Positions 28,290 through 38,012 of a stretch of DNA of 64,000 bases are shown here, in pieces. Position 1 is the stretch's first letter; every line of letters begins with the position of its first letter. The position numbers and the translations under genes were made by a program. The DNA comes from Candidatus Woesearchaeota archaeon. GTDB lineage: Archaea > Nanobdellota > Nanobdellia > Woesearchaeales > SKIA01. The notes beneath the pieces were generated by a model. That model saw nothing but the letters and a program-made list of their open reading frames with translations. It was not told the DNA's origin and made no database searches. The stretch spans positions 15,508 to 79,507 of the forward strand of contig JBLKOP010000003.1 of NCBI GenBank assembly GCA_047602905.1, given 5' to 3'.

Positions 28290-30028
28290 GTCGTATAATA
28301 CAACAACCCCTTAGATCGCTGCTCTTTATCCTTAACAGAACCAGGCTTATTTACGCGAGGACGACCAGACTCCTCATCACGACGAAACGTAACTTGTAAA
28401 TCTTGCAAGAAACGATTCATCCCCTCCTGCATACTAAACGGGCCGCGAGCATGACCAGAAACAGCAGGTTCACCATCAAAAACGATAAGTCGCTCAGAAA
28501 GATAATCCATAAACAACAAATCATGATCAACAACCAAACAAGCCTTACCCTTAACCTCCATCATGTCACGAATAATCTTAGACATACGAAGACGCTGCTC
28601 AACATCAAGATACGCGCTAGGCTCATCAAGCAAGAACAAATCAGCATCCTCAGCAAGCTTCTTAGCAATAACAACTCGCTGCAACTGACCACCGGAGAGC
28701 TCATTAAGTTGCTTCTCAAACAACGCCTCAAGCTCTAAGGGCTTAATGAGTTGTTGCTTGTACTGCATAGCCTCTTGTAAATACAACATAACCAAAGTAT
28801 CATCAGAAGGAATGTACTGAGGCTTATAACTAATACGCAACTCGCCACGCTTCGTCTCACCCTCGAGTTTAGCAAGTTCTTGAACATACGTAGTTTTACC
28901 AATACCATTCTCCCCAAGAACACCAACGATATCATGCGTATGAATCTTTCCTGCATCAGCCTCTAAAGAAAAACTTCCTTTACTCACTGAGAAAGAATCC
29001 CAACTCGCAAGCTTGCTATCTCGCTGGAAACCCTCAGGAGCGAATTGCTCAAAAGTAATCGCAGAGTCACGAAAACGCATGTTCTCCTCAGGCAAGTAAC
29101 CAGACAAATACACATTAATACCGTTCTTCGTAGTTTTTGGCTGAGAACAAATACCATACGCGTTCTCCTTACCATACACTAAATGAACAAGATCAGTAAG
29201 GTAATCAAGAATAATCAAGTCGTGCTCAATAACCAACACCGCAGTGTTCTCATCAGCTAAGCTACGAATAAACCGAGAAACCTTAATGCGCTGAGTAATG
29301 TCCAAATAACTTGTTGGCTCATCAAAAATGTATACGTTAGCATCCTTAAGAACAGTAGCAGCAATAGCAACTCGCTGCAACTCACCACCACTAATATCAG
29401 CAATGCTACGATCCAAAAACTTTCGTAACGACAACAAATTAATAATTTCCTCAACACTTCTCTTCGTAGGAATTTTTTCAAGCAACTCACGAACAGTACC
29501 AGAAACTTGTTTTGGAATCATCTCCACCTGCTGAGGCTTATACGCAACAGAAACCTCTCCGTCACGTAACTTCTCAAAATACCTCTGAGCCTCAGTACCC
29601 TTAAAATACTCGATAAGATCATCAACAGAAGCTTCCTGATTCGTCTTTAAGTTCGGCTTAAGAAGACCAGCAAGAATCTTAACAGCAGTACTCTTTCCAA
29701 TACCATTACGGCCAAGCAACCCAACAACTTTACCAAACATAGGAATAGGAAGGTTGTAGAGCTGAAAACCGCTCTCCCCATACTTATGAATAGGTTGCTC
29801 ATCAAACTCTTCAGGAAGATTAACAATAGTAATAGCATTAGTAGGACACTTCTTAGGACAAATACCACAACCAATACACTGGCTCTCAATAATCTTAGCC
29901 TTCTTATCCTCGCCCTCATACACGCACTCCTCACCAGCACGATTAATAGGACAAACCTTCTGACACAACAAGCCACCACAACGATCTTGGTTACACTTAT
30001 CCGCTTCAACAACAGCAATTCTAGACAT
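28286..30028 (-). CDS. rli: Ribosome recycling ATPase ABCE1/RLI
   Basis: N-terminal Fe-S Cys clusters (CIGCGICPKKCP); two ABC domains (GRNGIGKS, GENGIGKT, SGG). Confidence 0.97.
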   Translation of the reverse strand: MSRIAVVEADKCNQDRCGGLLCQKVCPINRAGEECVYEGEDKKAKIIESQCIGCGICPKKCPTNAITIVNLPEEFDEQPIHKYGESGFQLYNLPIPMFGKVVGLLGRNGIGKSTAVKILAGLLKPNLKTNQEASVDDLIEYFKGTEAQRYFEKLRDGEVSVAYKPQQVEMIPKQVSGTVRELLEKIPTKRSVEEIINLLSLRKFLDRSIADISGGELQRVAIAATVLKDANVYIFDEPTSYLDITQRIKVSRFIRSLADENTAVLVIEHDLIILDYLTDLVHLVYGKENAYGICSQPKTTKNGINVYLSGYLPEENMRFRDSAITFEQFAPEGFQRDSKLASWDSFSVSKGSFSLEADAGKIHTHDIVGVLGENGIGKTTYVQELAKLEGETKRGELRISYKPQYIPSDDTLVMLYLQEAMQYKQQLIKPLELEALFEKQLNELSGGQLQRVVIAKKLAEDADLFLLDEPSAYLDVEQRLRMSKIIRDMMEVKGKACLVVDHDLLFMDYLSERLIVFDGEPAVSGHARGPFSMQEGMNRFLQDLQVTFRRDEESGRPRVNKPGSVKDKEQRSKGLLYYTT

Positions 30029-30129
30029 ACTGTATAGAGAGAAACAACCATTTAAAAAAGAAGTGTTTTATTACTAGATAGAGAGTACACAACAACAATC
30101 TTTATAACTAGCAACGTTTCTGCTACTAA

Positions 30130-30975
30130 ATGAGAAAAGAACCCGTACTTGCCGACAACCTTCTTCTATACAACCCAAAAAAAGCAATTTTTTGTACCTT
30201 TGACCAAGAAACAGCAGATCAGCTAGAACAAAAACTAAACGTAGTAACAATTCCTCAAAGCCTCATAAAACAAACAAACCTGCCTGAATCAACCAGAAGT
30301 CCTATGCTGTATGCAGCAGGAATAAACCCTGAGCATAAAAAATATTTTCCAGAAATTGCTTCGGTAAGCATGATACATGAGCTAGAAAAAAATTTCCCTC
30401 ACCATATCAACGGATTTAGAAACAGAGCATTAGACATAATCATACAATCATACTCAAAATTAGCGTTGCCTGTTTTTCGCGAACGTTACATAGACCCAGT
30501 TATTACTAGCTTACATAATAGACGCAAAGAAAATTCTCAGGAGGCATCGTTACAAGCAATACAACACCACGGAGGAGACGCTCTTTTAGTGGAAGGACTT
30601 AAAGAAGAAGAACAATCATACCTGCAAGCAGTCATGAGTCTTTCTTATAATCATTTCTTCAAAAAAAATGTACGTGAACTAGCATTCAAACTACATGATC
30701 AACAAAACAAGCTTAAAACAAACATAGACTGTATAGAAGACATTCTAAATGAGTTAGGAGAATTGATTACAGAACGACCAACCATTACTTTAGACAAGTT
30801 TCCTGTAAGTGAAGTACAATATTTTGATATATCAGCTAGTAGATTAGAATTATTAGAATATATTCGTCTAACCTCTGCTGAAAAAGTAGCGCAGGAAAAC
30901 ATTAAAGAGAAAGCTAACTTAGTAAAAGAAGATCGTTTTCACAGTCTAAATCTTCCTTATATAATTATTAACTAA
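30130..30975 (+). CDS. Hypothetical protein
   Basis: 281-aa ORF, TTTATAA box upstream, AT-rich. Confidence 0.7.
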   Translation: MRKEPVLADNLLLYNPKKAIFCTFDQETADQLEQKLNVVTIPQSLIKQTNLPESTRSPMLYAAGINPEHKKYFPEIASVSMIHELEKNFPHHINGFRNRALDIIIQSYSKLALPVFRERYIDPVITSLHNRRKENSQEASLQAIQHHGGDALLVEGLKEEEQSYLQAVMSLSYNHFFKKNVRELAFKLHDQQNKLKTNIDCIEDILNELGELITERPTITLDKFPVSEVQYFDISASRLELLEYIRLTSAEKVAQENIKEKANLVKEDRFHSLNLPYIIIN

Positions 30976-31007
30976 ACACTTAAGAGAAAGAAATGCTTTC
31001 TTTTCTT

Positions 31008-33314
31008 GTGGTTAAAGGATTCATTATTTACTCAACCTATGACGTACGAGAAGAAACAGTGTACGCTCAGTACTACGGACGACTAGAGAACAACCAAACG
31101 TTTCTTATAGAACGAGAAGCAAAACCGTATTTTTACATAAAGACAAGTGATGAGAAACAAGTAAAAAAACTTTTTTCAGAATTAGAACAAGAAACTACTT
31201 CTCTAAAGAGCTTAAACGAAGAAGCAGTAAGTAAAGTATACATAACAACACCCAAAGAAGCAACAGGAATACGAAACACCTTACACGACCACGACATACA
31301 AACCTTTGAAGCAGACATCCGCTTTGCACAACAACAACTCATTACCAACAACATACAAACAACAATAGAACTGAGTGGTACGTATGAGAAAGGAGAGTTT
31401 GTAGACAGAACATACACTAACCCAACAATTAAGCCAACAACTTACAAGCAAGAACTCATAGTAGCAAGCATAGACATAGAAGCAAACCTAGAACCAAAAA
31501 CTCTTTGGAGCGTAGCAATAAGTACAAACACAGGAGAACAACACGCGCTTATAGTAAACAAACACGTACCTAACGCAAAAAACTGCTCTACAGAAAAAGA
31601 ACTCCTTGAAGAACTCACAAAACTCACACAACAAATAGACCCAGACATCATCACCGGATGGAACGTGATAGACTTTGATTTAGTATTCTTACAAGAAAAA
31701 TACAAAGAACATAACCTTTCCTGGGCGTGGGGGAGAAGCAATAGAAGTAACAAGCTACGCATAGAAAGCGACTACTACAGAGAAAGCAGCGCAGACATAA
31801 CTGGACGAATGGTACTGGATGGAATACACTTACTCAAATGGAACTTCGTAGACTTAGACAGCTACAGCCTAGACGCAACAGCAAAACACTACCTACAAGA
31901 AGGAAAGATCTTTAGCGGAGAAAACAAAGTAGAGCACATACAAGAAAGCTACAAAAACAACCCAGAAGAACTCATCAAATACAACCTCAAAGACACACAA
32001 CTCGTACTAGACATACTAAAAGAAAGCACCATACTAGAACTCACCATAACAAGAAGCCTACTCACAGGACTACACCTAGACAGAATAAAAGCAAGCATAG
32101 CAAGCCTAGACATGCTCTACCTACCAGAACTACACAAACGAGGATACGTAGCGCCAACAAGCGGGTACACAAGAAAAGAAGAACCCATAACAGGAGGATT
32201 TGTAATGGAGAGCAAACCAGGAATCTACAAGAACATCATCGTCTGCGACTTCAAAAGCCTGTATCCAAGCATCATGAGAACACTCAACATAGACCCGCTC
32301 AGCTTCGATCCTAACGCGAACAAAACAGAAAGTGATGAGGAGCACGTACGAGCAGAAAACAACGTGTACTTTAGACAAGAAGAAGCAATACTACCAGAAA
32401 TACTTACTAAGCTACTTAGAAAACGAGAAGAAGCAAGAAAACAAGGAGATGAACTAGCGCGTTTTGCAATAAAAATTTTGATGAACAGCTTCTTTGGAGT
32501 GCTTGCAAGCCCAAACTGCCGCTTCTTTAGTATGCAAGTAGCTAACGCAATAACAACAACAGGACAACACCTCATACAAACAGCAGCCAAACACATACAA
32601 GACACCTACGGCTACGAAGTAATCTACCAGGACACCGATTCCGCGTTCATAAACCCAAACATAGAAGACTCACAAAAAGCACAAAAGATAGGAGAAGAAA
32701 TAGAGCAAGAAACAAACGCGTTCTTTAGTGAATACACAAAAAAACGATATTGTCGAGAAAGCAAACTAGAAATAGAATTTGAAAAACTCTTTGTACGCTT
32801 TCTCATGCCACAAACACGTTCAGGTGTGGGAAGTAAGAAACGATACGCAGGACTACTACCAAACCAAGAAATAGATGTTACCGGACTAGAACTCGTTCGC
32901 AGAGACTGGACGGACTTAGCAAAAGAAGTACAACAAGAGCTCCTTAACTTAGTCTTTAAAGACAAACAACCACACAAATACCTTACACAAGTAATTATAG
33001 ATTTACGAGAAGGAAAACTTGATGACAAACTCATATACACAAAAGCACTCAGAAAACATTTGGAGGCATACACAAAAACCACTCCTCCACACGTAAAAGC
33101 AGCAAGACTCATGAAAACACTACCGCAAAACAACCTCATAGAATACGTGATGACAGTGGATGGTCCAGAACCAGCAACTAACGTGCAGCACTCAGTAGAC
33201 TACGAGCACTACATAGACAAACAAATCACTCCAGTAGCAGACGCGATACTCATCTTTTACAACACCACCCTTAGTGACGTGCTGAAAGGAACAAGCCAAA
33301 CAACACTATTTTAG
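31008..33314 (+). CDS. polB: Family B DNA polymerase with 3'-5' exonuclease
   Basis: SIDIE, GWNVIDFD, YNLKD, DFKSLYPSI, KILMNSFFG, YQDTDS, KKRYAG, C-terminal PIP box QTTLF. Start is GTG 31008 or ATG 30993. Confidence 0.93.
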   Translation: MVKGFIIYSTYDVREETVYAQYYGRLENNQTFLIEREAKPYFYIKTSDEKQVKKLFSELEQETTSLKSLNEEAVSKVYITTPKEATGIRNTLHDHDIQTFEADIRFAQQQLITNNIQTTIELSGTYEKGEFVDRTYTNPTIKPTTYKQELIVASIDIEANLEPKTLWSVAISTNTGEQHALIVNKHVPNAKNCSTEKELLEELTKLTQQIDPDIITGWNVIDFDLVFLQEKYKEHNLSWAWGRSNRSNKLRIESDYYRESSADITGRMVLDGIHLLKWNFVDLDSYSLDATAKHYLQEGKIFSGENKVEHIQESYKNNPEELIKYNLKDTQLVLDILKESTILELTITRSLLTGLHLDRIKASIASLDMLYLPELHKRGYVAPTSGYTRKEEPITGGFVMESKPGIYKNIIVCDFKSLYPSIMRTLNIDPLSFDPNANKTESDEEHVRAENNVYFRQEEAILPEILTKLLRKREEARKQGDELARFAIKILMNSFFGVLASPNCRFFSMQVANAITTTGQHLIQTAAKHIQDTYGYEVIYQDTDSAFINPNIEDSQKAQKIGEEIEQETNAFFSEYTKKRYCRESKLEIEFEKLFVRFLMPQTRSGVGSKKRYAGLLPNQEIDVTGLELVRRDWTDLAKEVQQELLNLVFKDKQPHKYLTQVIIDLREGKLDDKLIYTKALRKHLEAYTKTTPPHVKAARLMKTLPQNNLIEYVMTVDGPEPATNVQHSVDYEHYIDKQITPVADAILIFYNTTLSDVLKGTSQTTLF

Positions 33315-33575
33315 ACTTACAAAACCACCACGAGGACGAGAAACAAGGCCGTCACGAAACAAATCATCAAGCAAGTTTTGTGTCTCATCAGCACCAACAC
33401 CATGAGACTGCGTTTCAAGAAGCAATAACTCTACCTGAACAGGCTTCTTAGAAGCACCTAAATCCTGTAAAGCGTTAAGCACAACAATTTTGTGATCGGT
33501 ACGTTGCTCCTGCATAACGCGCTCACTCATTAATCGCTGGATGCGAAGAACCTCCTCAAAATCGTCTTGTCTCAT
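33306..33575 (-). CDS. Small winged-helix protein (MCM C-terminal wH-like)
   Basis: LLDDLFRDGLVSRPRGGFV C-terminal wing pattern. Confidence 0.7.
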   Translation of the reverse strand: MRQDDFEEVLRIQRLMSERVMQEQRTDHKIVVLNALQDLGASKKPVQVELLLLETQSHGVGADETQNLLDDLFRDGLVSRPRGGFVSLK

Positions 33576-33579
33576 GAAC

Positions 33580-33640
33580 TACTAGTATTGGCGACTACTA
33601 CAGAAAACCCTGTATAGATGGCCATCCCCCAATACTAGTA
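33580..33640. repeat. Perfect 12-bp inverted repeat enclosing a small hairpin
   Basis: TACTAGTATTGG (33580-33591) / CCAATACTAGTA (33629-33640); internal TACAG/CTGTA. Confidence 0.8.
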
Positions 33641-33721
33641 TACACTATCAGTATAAATAAGTATCTGCACAGGACAAACACCCACAAACCCTAAAAAGAA
33701 CTCCTAACTCACAACACCAAG

Positions 33722-34477
33722 ATGCTACGAAACACGTTCTGCCACCTACCAAGAATAGGCGAGAACACAGAAATAACTCTGTGGAAACAAGGAATACAAA
33801 CGTGGAATGACTTCATACAAACAAACAACGTCCCACGAATAGGAGCAAACAAGAAACACGCACTTAACAAACTCCTACGAGAAGCAAACCAAGCACTCCT
33901 AAACAACCAAGCAACGTACTTCTGCGCTTTACCAAGCAACCAGCACTGGAGAGTATGGGAGGAGTTTAACACAAAAGCAGCATTCATAGACATAGAAACC
34001 AACTACCGACAAAACATTACCGTACTAGGAATAAGTGATGGAGAGCGCGTATGGCAATTCGTGCGAGACCACAACATGAACGCACAAGACATACGACGAG
34101 TACTCAAACAATTTGATGTACTCGTAACCTTTAACGGAGCATGCTTTGACTTACCCATCATTAAACGATACTTTCATGACGTAATACCAGAAGTACCCCA
34201 TATAGACTTACGATTCGCAGCAGCAAAAATAGGGCTTACCGGAGGACTTAAGCATATAGAGCAAACACTAGGAATTGCTCGCACAGAAGACACACAAGAA
34301 CTCTCAGGAGCAGACGCACTAACTCTATGGGATACATACAGAAGCACACAAGAAAAAAAGTACTTAGACATCCTTCTTGAGTACAACGCAGAAGACATCC
34401 TCAACCTTAAACCACTAACAGACTACATCTACAAACACCTTCGTGAAGAACACAAAAAACATTTTAGACAAGCATAA
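33722..34477 (+). CDS. YprB/RNase_H_2 family exonuclease
   Basis: FIDIET, VTFNGACFDLP, GGLKHIE, LLEYNAED. Confidence 0.88.
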   Translation: MLRNTFCHLPRIGENTEITLWKQGIQTWNDFIQTNNVPRIGANKKHALNKLLREANQALLNNQATYFCALPSNQHWRVWEEFNTKAAFIDIETNYRQNITVLGISDGERVWQFVRDHNMNAQDIRRVLKQFDVLVTFNGACFDLPIIKRYFHDVIPEVPHIDLRFAAAKIGLTGGLKHIEQTLGIARTEDTQELSGADALTLWDTYRSTQEKKYLDILLEYNAEDILNLKPLTDYIYKHLREEHKKHFRQA

Positions 34478-34504
34478 AAACCCATACACCATACTTCTCC
34501 GTAC

Positions 34505-34867
34505 ATGAAATTCTTTAACAGCCGCAAACGACTAGAAAAACGAGTCCAAGAACTCCCAGAAACAAACAACGAAACGTTTGAGCAAACAAAACAACGATTC
34601 TCTGAAATAAACAAACGACTAGCCATAACGCAATACACAAAAATCATAGTCATATCTCTTCTGTATATCAGCGTCGCAAGCGCAATAGCAAGCAACATTA
34701 GCGGCTCACTACAAGAACTCATAACACCTTTTGTTCTCCTAGCAAACATTTTTGGAATAGGAATACTTACTATAGCGTACTTCTTTGTAGACTTACTCAG
34801 CGACGCACTACTCACAGAACTCCTTGCTGAATACGCAGAACTCATAGCACTCACACACAAACAATAA
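34505..34867 (+). CDS. Hypothetical membrane protein
   Basis: Two TM-like segments. Confidence 0.65.
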   Translation: MKFFNSRKRLEKRVQELPETNNETFEQTKQRFSEINKRLAITQYTKIIVISLLYISVASAIASNISGSLQELITPFVLLANIFGIGILTIAYFFVDLLSDALLTELLAEYAELIALTHKQ

Positions 34868-34961
34868 ACACACAAAAACCTATACTAGTACAGAGGATGC
34901 TGAGAAAACAATCCAACACTTTATAAAGGACTTTTTGAATGTTTCTGATAGGGGATTGATT

Positions 34962-35111
34962 ATGTTTGGCGACCAAGAACACACAGACACAATTGACGTA
35001 GTAGAACACAAAAACGGCTGCGTACTACACAGACAAATAGAACGCAGAAACGGACGAATATACATGCGCTTATCAAAAAAATCACTTACCAAAACACTTC
35101 TTGGACTATAA
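34962..35111 (+). CDS. Small hypothetical protein (49 aa, not in ORF track)
   Basis: MFGDQEHTDTIDVVEHKNGCVLHRQIERRNGRIYMRLSKKSLTKTLLGL*; TTATAAA at ~34921 and a GGGGA SD-like motif. Confidence 0.55.
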   Translation: MFGDQEHTDTIDVVEHKNGCVLHRQIERRNGRIYMRLSKKSLTKTLLGL

Positions 35112-35128
35112 GGACTTGCGGGGACGAA

Positions 35129-35156
35129 GCAGCGCGTAGCTTGCTGTGCGCGCTGC
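35129..35156 (+). other. GC-rich hairpin downstream of the small ORF
   Basis: GCAGCGCGTA / TGCGCGCTGC 10-bp stem (one G-U), no U-tail. Confidence 0.6.
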
Positions 35157-35198
35157 ACACAAAACCCCTATAAAGACGAACAACTTTTCAAACAAAAA

Positions 35199-35777
35199 AT
35201 GAGACTGGATAAACAAGAAACTCAAGACACACTCATAACCATCTTTCTTCTCACAATAGCACTAAGTATTTTACTCATACAAGTAACTACAACCATACAA
35301 CAAGCAATATTTACCAGCCTACTAGCAATAACAATAAGCGTACTGGCTAGACAAGCAGCACAAAAATATTTCGCACACAAACACAACAAACAAGTAACGT
35401 TTCAAATAAACACGTTAACAGCACTACTTAGCATCCCCGTAGCATTTATAGGCGTACTGCTTGCAGCACCAGGAAAAACAATTATAAGCGGGTTTGTAAG
35501 CAGAAAAGAACAAGGAATTATTGCAGCAATAGGGCCAATAACAAGCCTAGCAATAGCGCTTATCACCCTAACAATTTTCTTTACAGGAATAAACACCGCA
35601 CTCATAGCAAGCTTCGTACTTCTTAACAGCTACTACGCACTATTCACCCTGCTACCCCTATGGGAGTTTGATGGAGAAAAAATCTTTACGTACAACAAAA
35701 CAATCTACGCAGCACTTATTACTACTAGCGCAGTACTCGCGTTTATTGCCAGCACATACGTACTACCAACACTATAA
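35199..35777 (+). CDS. Site-2 protease (M50)-like membrane protein lacking HExxH
   Basis: AAPG, IAAIGP and LLPLWEFDGEKI are present; the HExxH position reads RQAAQ. Confidence 0.75.
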   Translation: MRLDKQETQDTLITIFLLTIALSILLIQVTTTIQQAIFTSLLAITISVLARQAAQKYFAHKHNKQVTFQINTLTALLSIPVAFIGVLLAAPGKTIISGFVSRKEQGIIAAIGPITSLAIALITLTIFFTGINTALIASFVLLNSYYALFTLLPLWEFDGEKIFTYNKTIYAALITTSAVLAFIASTYVLPTL

Positions 35778-35780
35778 CAA

Positions 35781-36017
35781 TTATTCTTGGTTGTACACTA
35801 ACTCAACAGGCTTTTGTTTGTATAAAGAATCAATAGGCGCAAACGTTTCGTGCACAGAAACAGGCTCTTTTTCAATGAGTGAGTCAATACTGTTGTACTG
35901 AGAAGAACAAGCAGTGGCAAAAACACTAACTGCTGCTGCGGTAGCAATAGTCCAAAGCAACTTTCTTCTCCAGCCTGACGCGTACGAACGCGGTTGAGGA
36001 CTAAGATTATGTCTCAT
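35781..36017 (-). CDS. Small putative lipoprotein
   Basis: MRHN...WRRKLLWTIATAAAVSVFATAC (basic, hydrophobic, Cys). Confidence 0.45.
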   Translation of the reverse strand: MRHNLSPQPRSYASGWRRKLLWTIATAAAVSVFATACSSQYNSIDSLIEKEPVSVHETFAPIDSLYKQKPVELVYNQE

Positions 36018-36084
36018 ATGCGTACTTAAACCAAAGGGACGTAAACATATAAACTTTACGTCACTACTCACACCCACGAAACCT

Positions 36085-36375
36085 ATGAGAGCAGAACAAA
36101 ACACCATCGACAAAGCAATTGCTGCGTACAACCAAGTAACCAAAGCACACAAAAGAAGCCCAGTAGAAGCATACATAAAAAAACGTTTATCAGAAGGAGA
36201 AGAAGTAGCGCTAAGCAGCGGAGTAAAAAGATGGAGTAGCGCGCTCGTATTTAGCGGAACACCAGAAGAGATGGTTGTAGAGTTCAGAATAAACCCTGCG
36301 CTACCAAACAGCTTTCAAGAACAACTAAAGAAACAACAACAAGAATTTTTAGAGTTGCTTGAAGACACGAACTGA
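36085..36375 (+). CDS. Hypothetical protein
   Basis: 96-aa ORF with TATAAA box upstream and host-like codons. Confidence 0.55.
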   Translation: MRAEQNTIDKAIAAYNQVTKAHKRSPVEAYIKKRLSEGEEVALSSGVKRWSSALVFSGTPEEMVVEFRINPALPNSFQEQLKKQQQEFLELLEDTN

Positions 36376-36795
36376 ATTACCAAACTTCGCATTCATAATT
36401 ATTTCTTTTCGTGTATACCCATGTTTCTCATAAAACATAACAGCTGCAAGAGAAGAATCTGCTTGCAAGTAAGTTATACCGTGCTCTTTTGCTGCTTGCT
36501 CTACGCGGTTGAGAAGTGAACGGCCAATACCTTGTTTTTGATGTGCTGGATGAACAAACATTCCTTTGATTTTTTCTTTACTAACTGCAAGCGAAGCAGT
36601 ACCAACTATAACTCCATCAATTACATACACATATATCTCATATTTTTTTGAACGATCAAGAAGAAACTCCTTACTAAAAACTTCATTAAGCGCATTTGTT
36701 TGCTGTTGAGTGTATACACCTATAAGGCTTGAATTAGACGCATGAATGACTTGTTGCAACATATCAAGATCTTCTTCTTGAAACCGCCTAATCAT
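36349..36795 (-). CDS. GNAT family N-acetyltransferase
   Basis: MFVHPAHQKQGIGRSLL, AVMFYEKHGY. Confidence 0.92.
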   Translation of the reverse strand: MIRRFQEEDLDMLQQVIHASNSSLIGVYTQQQTNALNEVFSKEFLLDRSKKYEIYVYVIDGVIVGTASLAVSKEKIKGMFVHPAHQKQGIGRSLLNRVEQAAKEHGITYLQADSSLAAVMFYEKHGYTRKEIIMNAKFGNSVRVFKQL

Positions 36796-37076
36796 TGCAC
36801 AACGTTGCGCTCATAATTCCACTGAGAATGACCAAAATGAATAACAAGATCAACACCCACGTGACGAGCCTCAAGAGGAAGATCACAAGCACCAAAATTA
36901 CTTCCAGCCCACACAAGAACATCATCAACGTCAGCGTTTTGAGAAACAAAATCTACTAAGTACTTCGCGTGCATCTTAATACCATCAGGAAACTGCAATA
37001 ACACTCGCCTAGCAGAGTGCTTCTTAATAGCAGCAAGAACTGCTTGCTCATCAAAATCCCAGATATCCTCTTGCAT
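36792..37076 (-). CDS. Stand-alone N-terminal domain of diphthamide synthesis protein Dph2
   Basis: VLLQFPDGIK, SNFGACD, LVIHFGHS; only 94 aa. Confidence 0.85.
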   Translation of the reverse strand: MQEDIWDFDEQAVLAAIKKHSARRVLLQFPDGIKMHAKYLVDFVSQNADVDDVLVWAGSNFGACDLPLEARHVGVDLVIHFGHSQWNYERNVVQ

Positions 37077-37333
37077 TAGTTTTCTAAAAACAACTCATCA
37101 AGTTCTTGTGTAGAGACATTGCTCTGATTAAGAACTGATAAGCGAGGCTTCTTTGCTTTACGACCAGTAACCGGATCTCGCTCGTACTCAAGAGAAGCGC
37201 TTTCTGACCCTTCATCAAAAAGTTTGTCGTACTCTTGCTCAAAAGAATCCTCTTCCTCGTAGTCCTCAAGATACCCAGCATCCTCTAAGTCAAGTTCGCC
37301 TTCGTAGTCTTCGATATATTCGTCATTTACCAT
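37076..37333 (-). CDS. Small acidic hypothetical protein
   Basis: MVNDEYIEDYEGELDLED...; ATG 37333 after GGGG SD-like motif. Confidence 0.65.
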   Translation of the reverse strand: MVNDEYIEDYEGELDLEDAGYLEDYEEEDSFEQEYDKLFDEGSESASLEYERDPVTGRKAKKPRLSVLNQSNVSTQELDELFLEN

Positions 37334-37559
37334 TGATACATACCCCCGTATGTAGATGCATCGAGCACAGTAATAATATATAAACGTATCTATCTTGATT
37401 TCGCAAAAAAAACACGTAAACACGCACAAGAGAGCCTGTATACCTAATAAACGCGTAGAGTTTATAAACAACGATTTGTACAGGCACCACTTAAGAATGA
37501 GTAACAACGTTTAAATACGTCTCTTCAGGCAATGTACGTAATAGAGGGAGTACTACCTT

Positions 37560-38012
37560 ATGCCAGAAATACAAACAGGAGTAGATGAGCTGATGCAACT
37601 ACTACAAGAACACAAAAAAATCAGTCTCAAAGAAGCAAGCACGCGACTAGAAACACCTGAAACAACAATACAAGCATGGGTAGACTTTCTTGTAGAAGAC
37701 CAAATACTTGGCATAGAATACAAATTTACAACACCATACATCTACATACACAACCCAGAAAGAGCAGAACAACTAGAAACTCCAGACGAAGACAAATACA
37801 CCCTAAAAGATTACAAGAACGGATTCTACCAAGAAGCAACCAACAAAGAACTTCCAGAAAAAGACATTCCTCGACTATGGAAAGAACACCTACGATACGT
37901 AATAGAACAAAACAAAGAATACTTCTTTACTGAATGCAAGAAACGAGCAATACCACACGAGCAAGAACTATTTATAGAATACACAGAGGAGGTGCGTGAA
38001 CGTGCATCTTGA
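37560..38012 (+). CDS. Hypothetical protein with N-terminal HTH-like region, first gene of the pilus locus
   Basis: TGVDELMQLL...ISLKEAS...IQAWVDFL. Confidence 0.75.
   Translation: MPEIQTGVDELMQLLQEHKKISLKEASTRLETPETTIQAWVDFLVEDQILGIEYKFTTPYIYIHNPERAEQLETPDEDKYTLKDYKNGFYQEATNKELPEKDIPRLWKEHLRYVIEQNKEYFFTECKKRAIPHEQELFIEYTEEVRERAS

Noticed and set aside
33580-33640. Fluoride riboswitch (GGGGATGG on the - strand)
   Set aside because: The downstream pseudoknot and CTGATG elements are missing, and the gene context does not fit.
35112-35160. Archaeal SECIS element
   Set aside because: No GAA/A internal-loop geometry and no in-frame TGA selenoprotein candidate nearby.
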